Shown here: piece by piece, positions 62,894 through 64,000 of the stretch
Layout: every line of letters begins with the position of its first letter
Numbering within the stretch: the first letter of the stretch is position 1
DNA from: Leucoraja erinacea
Lineage: Eukaryota
Length of the DNA: 64,000 bases
Assembly: GCF_028641065.1 (NCBI RefSeq)
Contig: NC_073393.1
Span: 20,026,001-20,090,000, forward strand
Direction of reading: 5' to 3'
Program-made: the position numbers and the translations under genes
Notes under the pieces: model-generated
Database searches by the model: none
The model's input: the letters and a program-made list of their open reading frames with translations, nothing else
What the model was told of the DNA's origin: nothing

Positions 62894-64000
62894 TATAACC
62901 ATATAACCATATAACAATTACAGCACGGAAACAGGCCATCCTGGCCCTAAAAGTCCGTGCCGAACAACTTTTTTCCCCCTTAGTCCCACCTGCCTGCACT
63001 CATACCATAACCCTCCATTCCTTTCTCATCCATATGCCTATCTAATTTATTTTTAAATGATACCAATGAACCTGCCTCCACCACTTCCACTGGAAGCTCA
63101 TTCCACACCGCTACCACTCTCTGAGTAAAGAAGTTCCCCCTCATATTACCCCTAAACTTCTGTCCCTTAATTCTAAAGTCATGTCCTCTTGTTTGAATCT
63201 TCCCTATTCTCAAAGGGAAAAGCTTGTCCACATCAACTCTGTCTATCCCTCTCATCATTTTAAAGACTTCTATCAAGTCCCCCCTTTACCTTCTGCGCTC
63301 CAGAGAATAAAGACCTAACTTATTCAACCTATCTCTGTAACTTAGTTGTTGAAACCCAGGCAACATTCTAGTAAATCTCCTCTGTACTCTCTCTATTTTG
63401 TTGACATCCTTCCTATAATTGGGCGACCAAAATTGTACACCATACTCCAGATTTGGTCTCACCAATGCCTTGTACAATTTTAACATTACATCCCAGCTTC
63501 TATACTCAATGCTCTGATTTATAAAGGCTAGCATACCAAAAGCTTTCTTTACCACCCTATCTATATGAGATTCCACCTTCAAGGAACTATGCACGGTTAT
63601 TCCCAGATCCCTCTGTTCAACTGTATTCTTCAATTCCCTACCATTTACCATGTACGTCCTATTTTGATTTGTCCTGCCAAGGTGTATCACCTCACATTTA
63701 TCAGCATTAAACTACATCTGCCATCTTTCAGCCCATTTTTCCAAATGGCCTAAATCACTCTGTAGACTTTGGAAATCCTCTTCATTATCCACAACACCCC
63801 CTATCTTGGTATCATCTGCATACTTACTAATCCAATTTACCACACCTTCATCCAGATCATTGATGTACATGACAAACAACAAAGGACCCAACACAGATCC
63901 CTGAGGCACCCCACTAGTCACCTGCCTCCAACCCGATAAACAGCCATCCACCATTGCCCTCTGGCTTCTCCCATTCAGCCACTGTTGAATCCATCTTGCT
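62894..64000 (-). mobile_element. CR1 LINE 3' portion (runs off window)
   Basis: GVPQGSVLGP and YADDTKIG motifs; (ATAACCAT)n tail. Confidence 0.93.

Overview
Vertebrate genomic DNA. The repeat content (CR1 LINEs with (CATAGAAA)n, (CTATTGT)n and (ATAACCAT)n tails, Penelope-like GIY-YIG elements, HE1/V-SINE-like SINEs) suggests a cartilaginous fish such as a skate or ray; this is an inference. Most ORFs in the track are transposon debris. Manual exon reconstruction gives three tandem + strand Ig-superfamily receptor genes with the layout leader / single-exon V domain with a germline J-like GxG strand / C1 domain / TM / cytoplasmic exons. Gene A (5314-16184) has a neutral TM and an ITIM-like plus ITSM tail. 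Gene B (24791-29326) has an Arg-containing TM ([11 protein letters not shown]) and a short tail. Its former ITIM exons lie downstream as wrecks: a lost acceptor, a SINE inserted inside the ITIM, a deleted Tyr motif and a frameshift. Gene C (47329-55031/59118) has an ectodomain almost identical to gene B but a neutral TM and a duplicated ITIM-bearing tail module. Together they look like a non-rearranging, antigen-receptor-like (VJ-C1) paired activating/inhibitory immune receptor cluster. There are two assembly gaps (11694-12194, 58129-58262). All exon models come from splice signals, frame and paralog comparison only; there is no transcript evidence.
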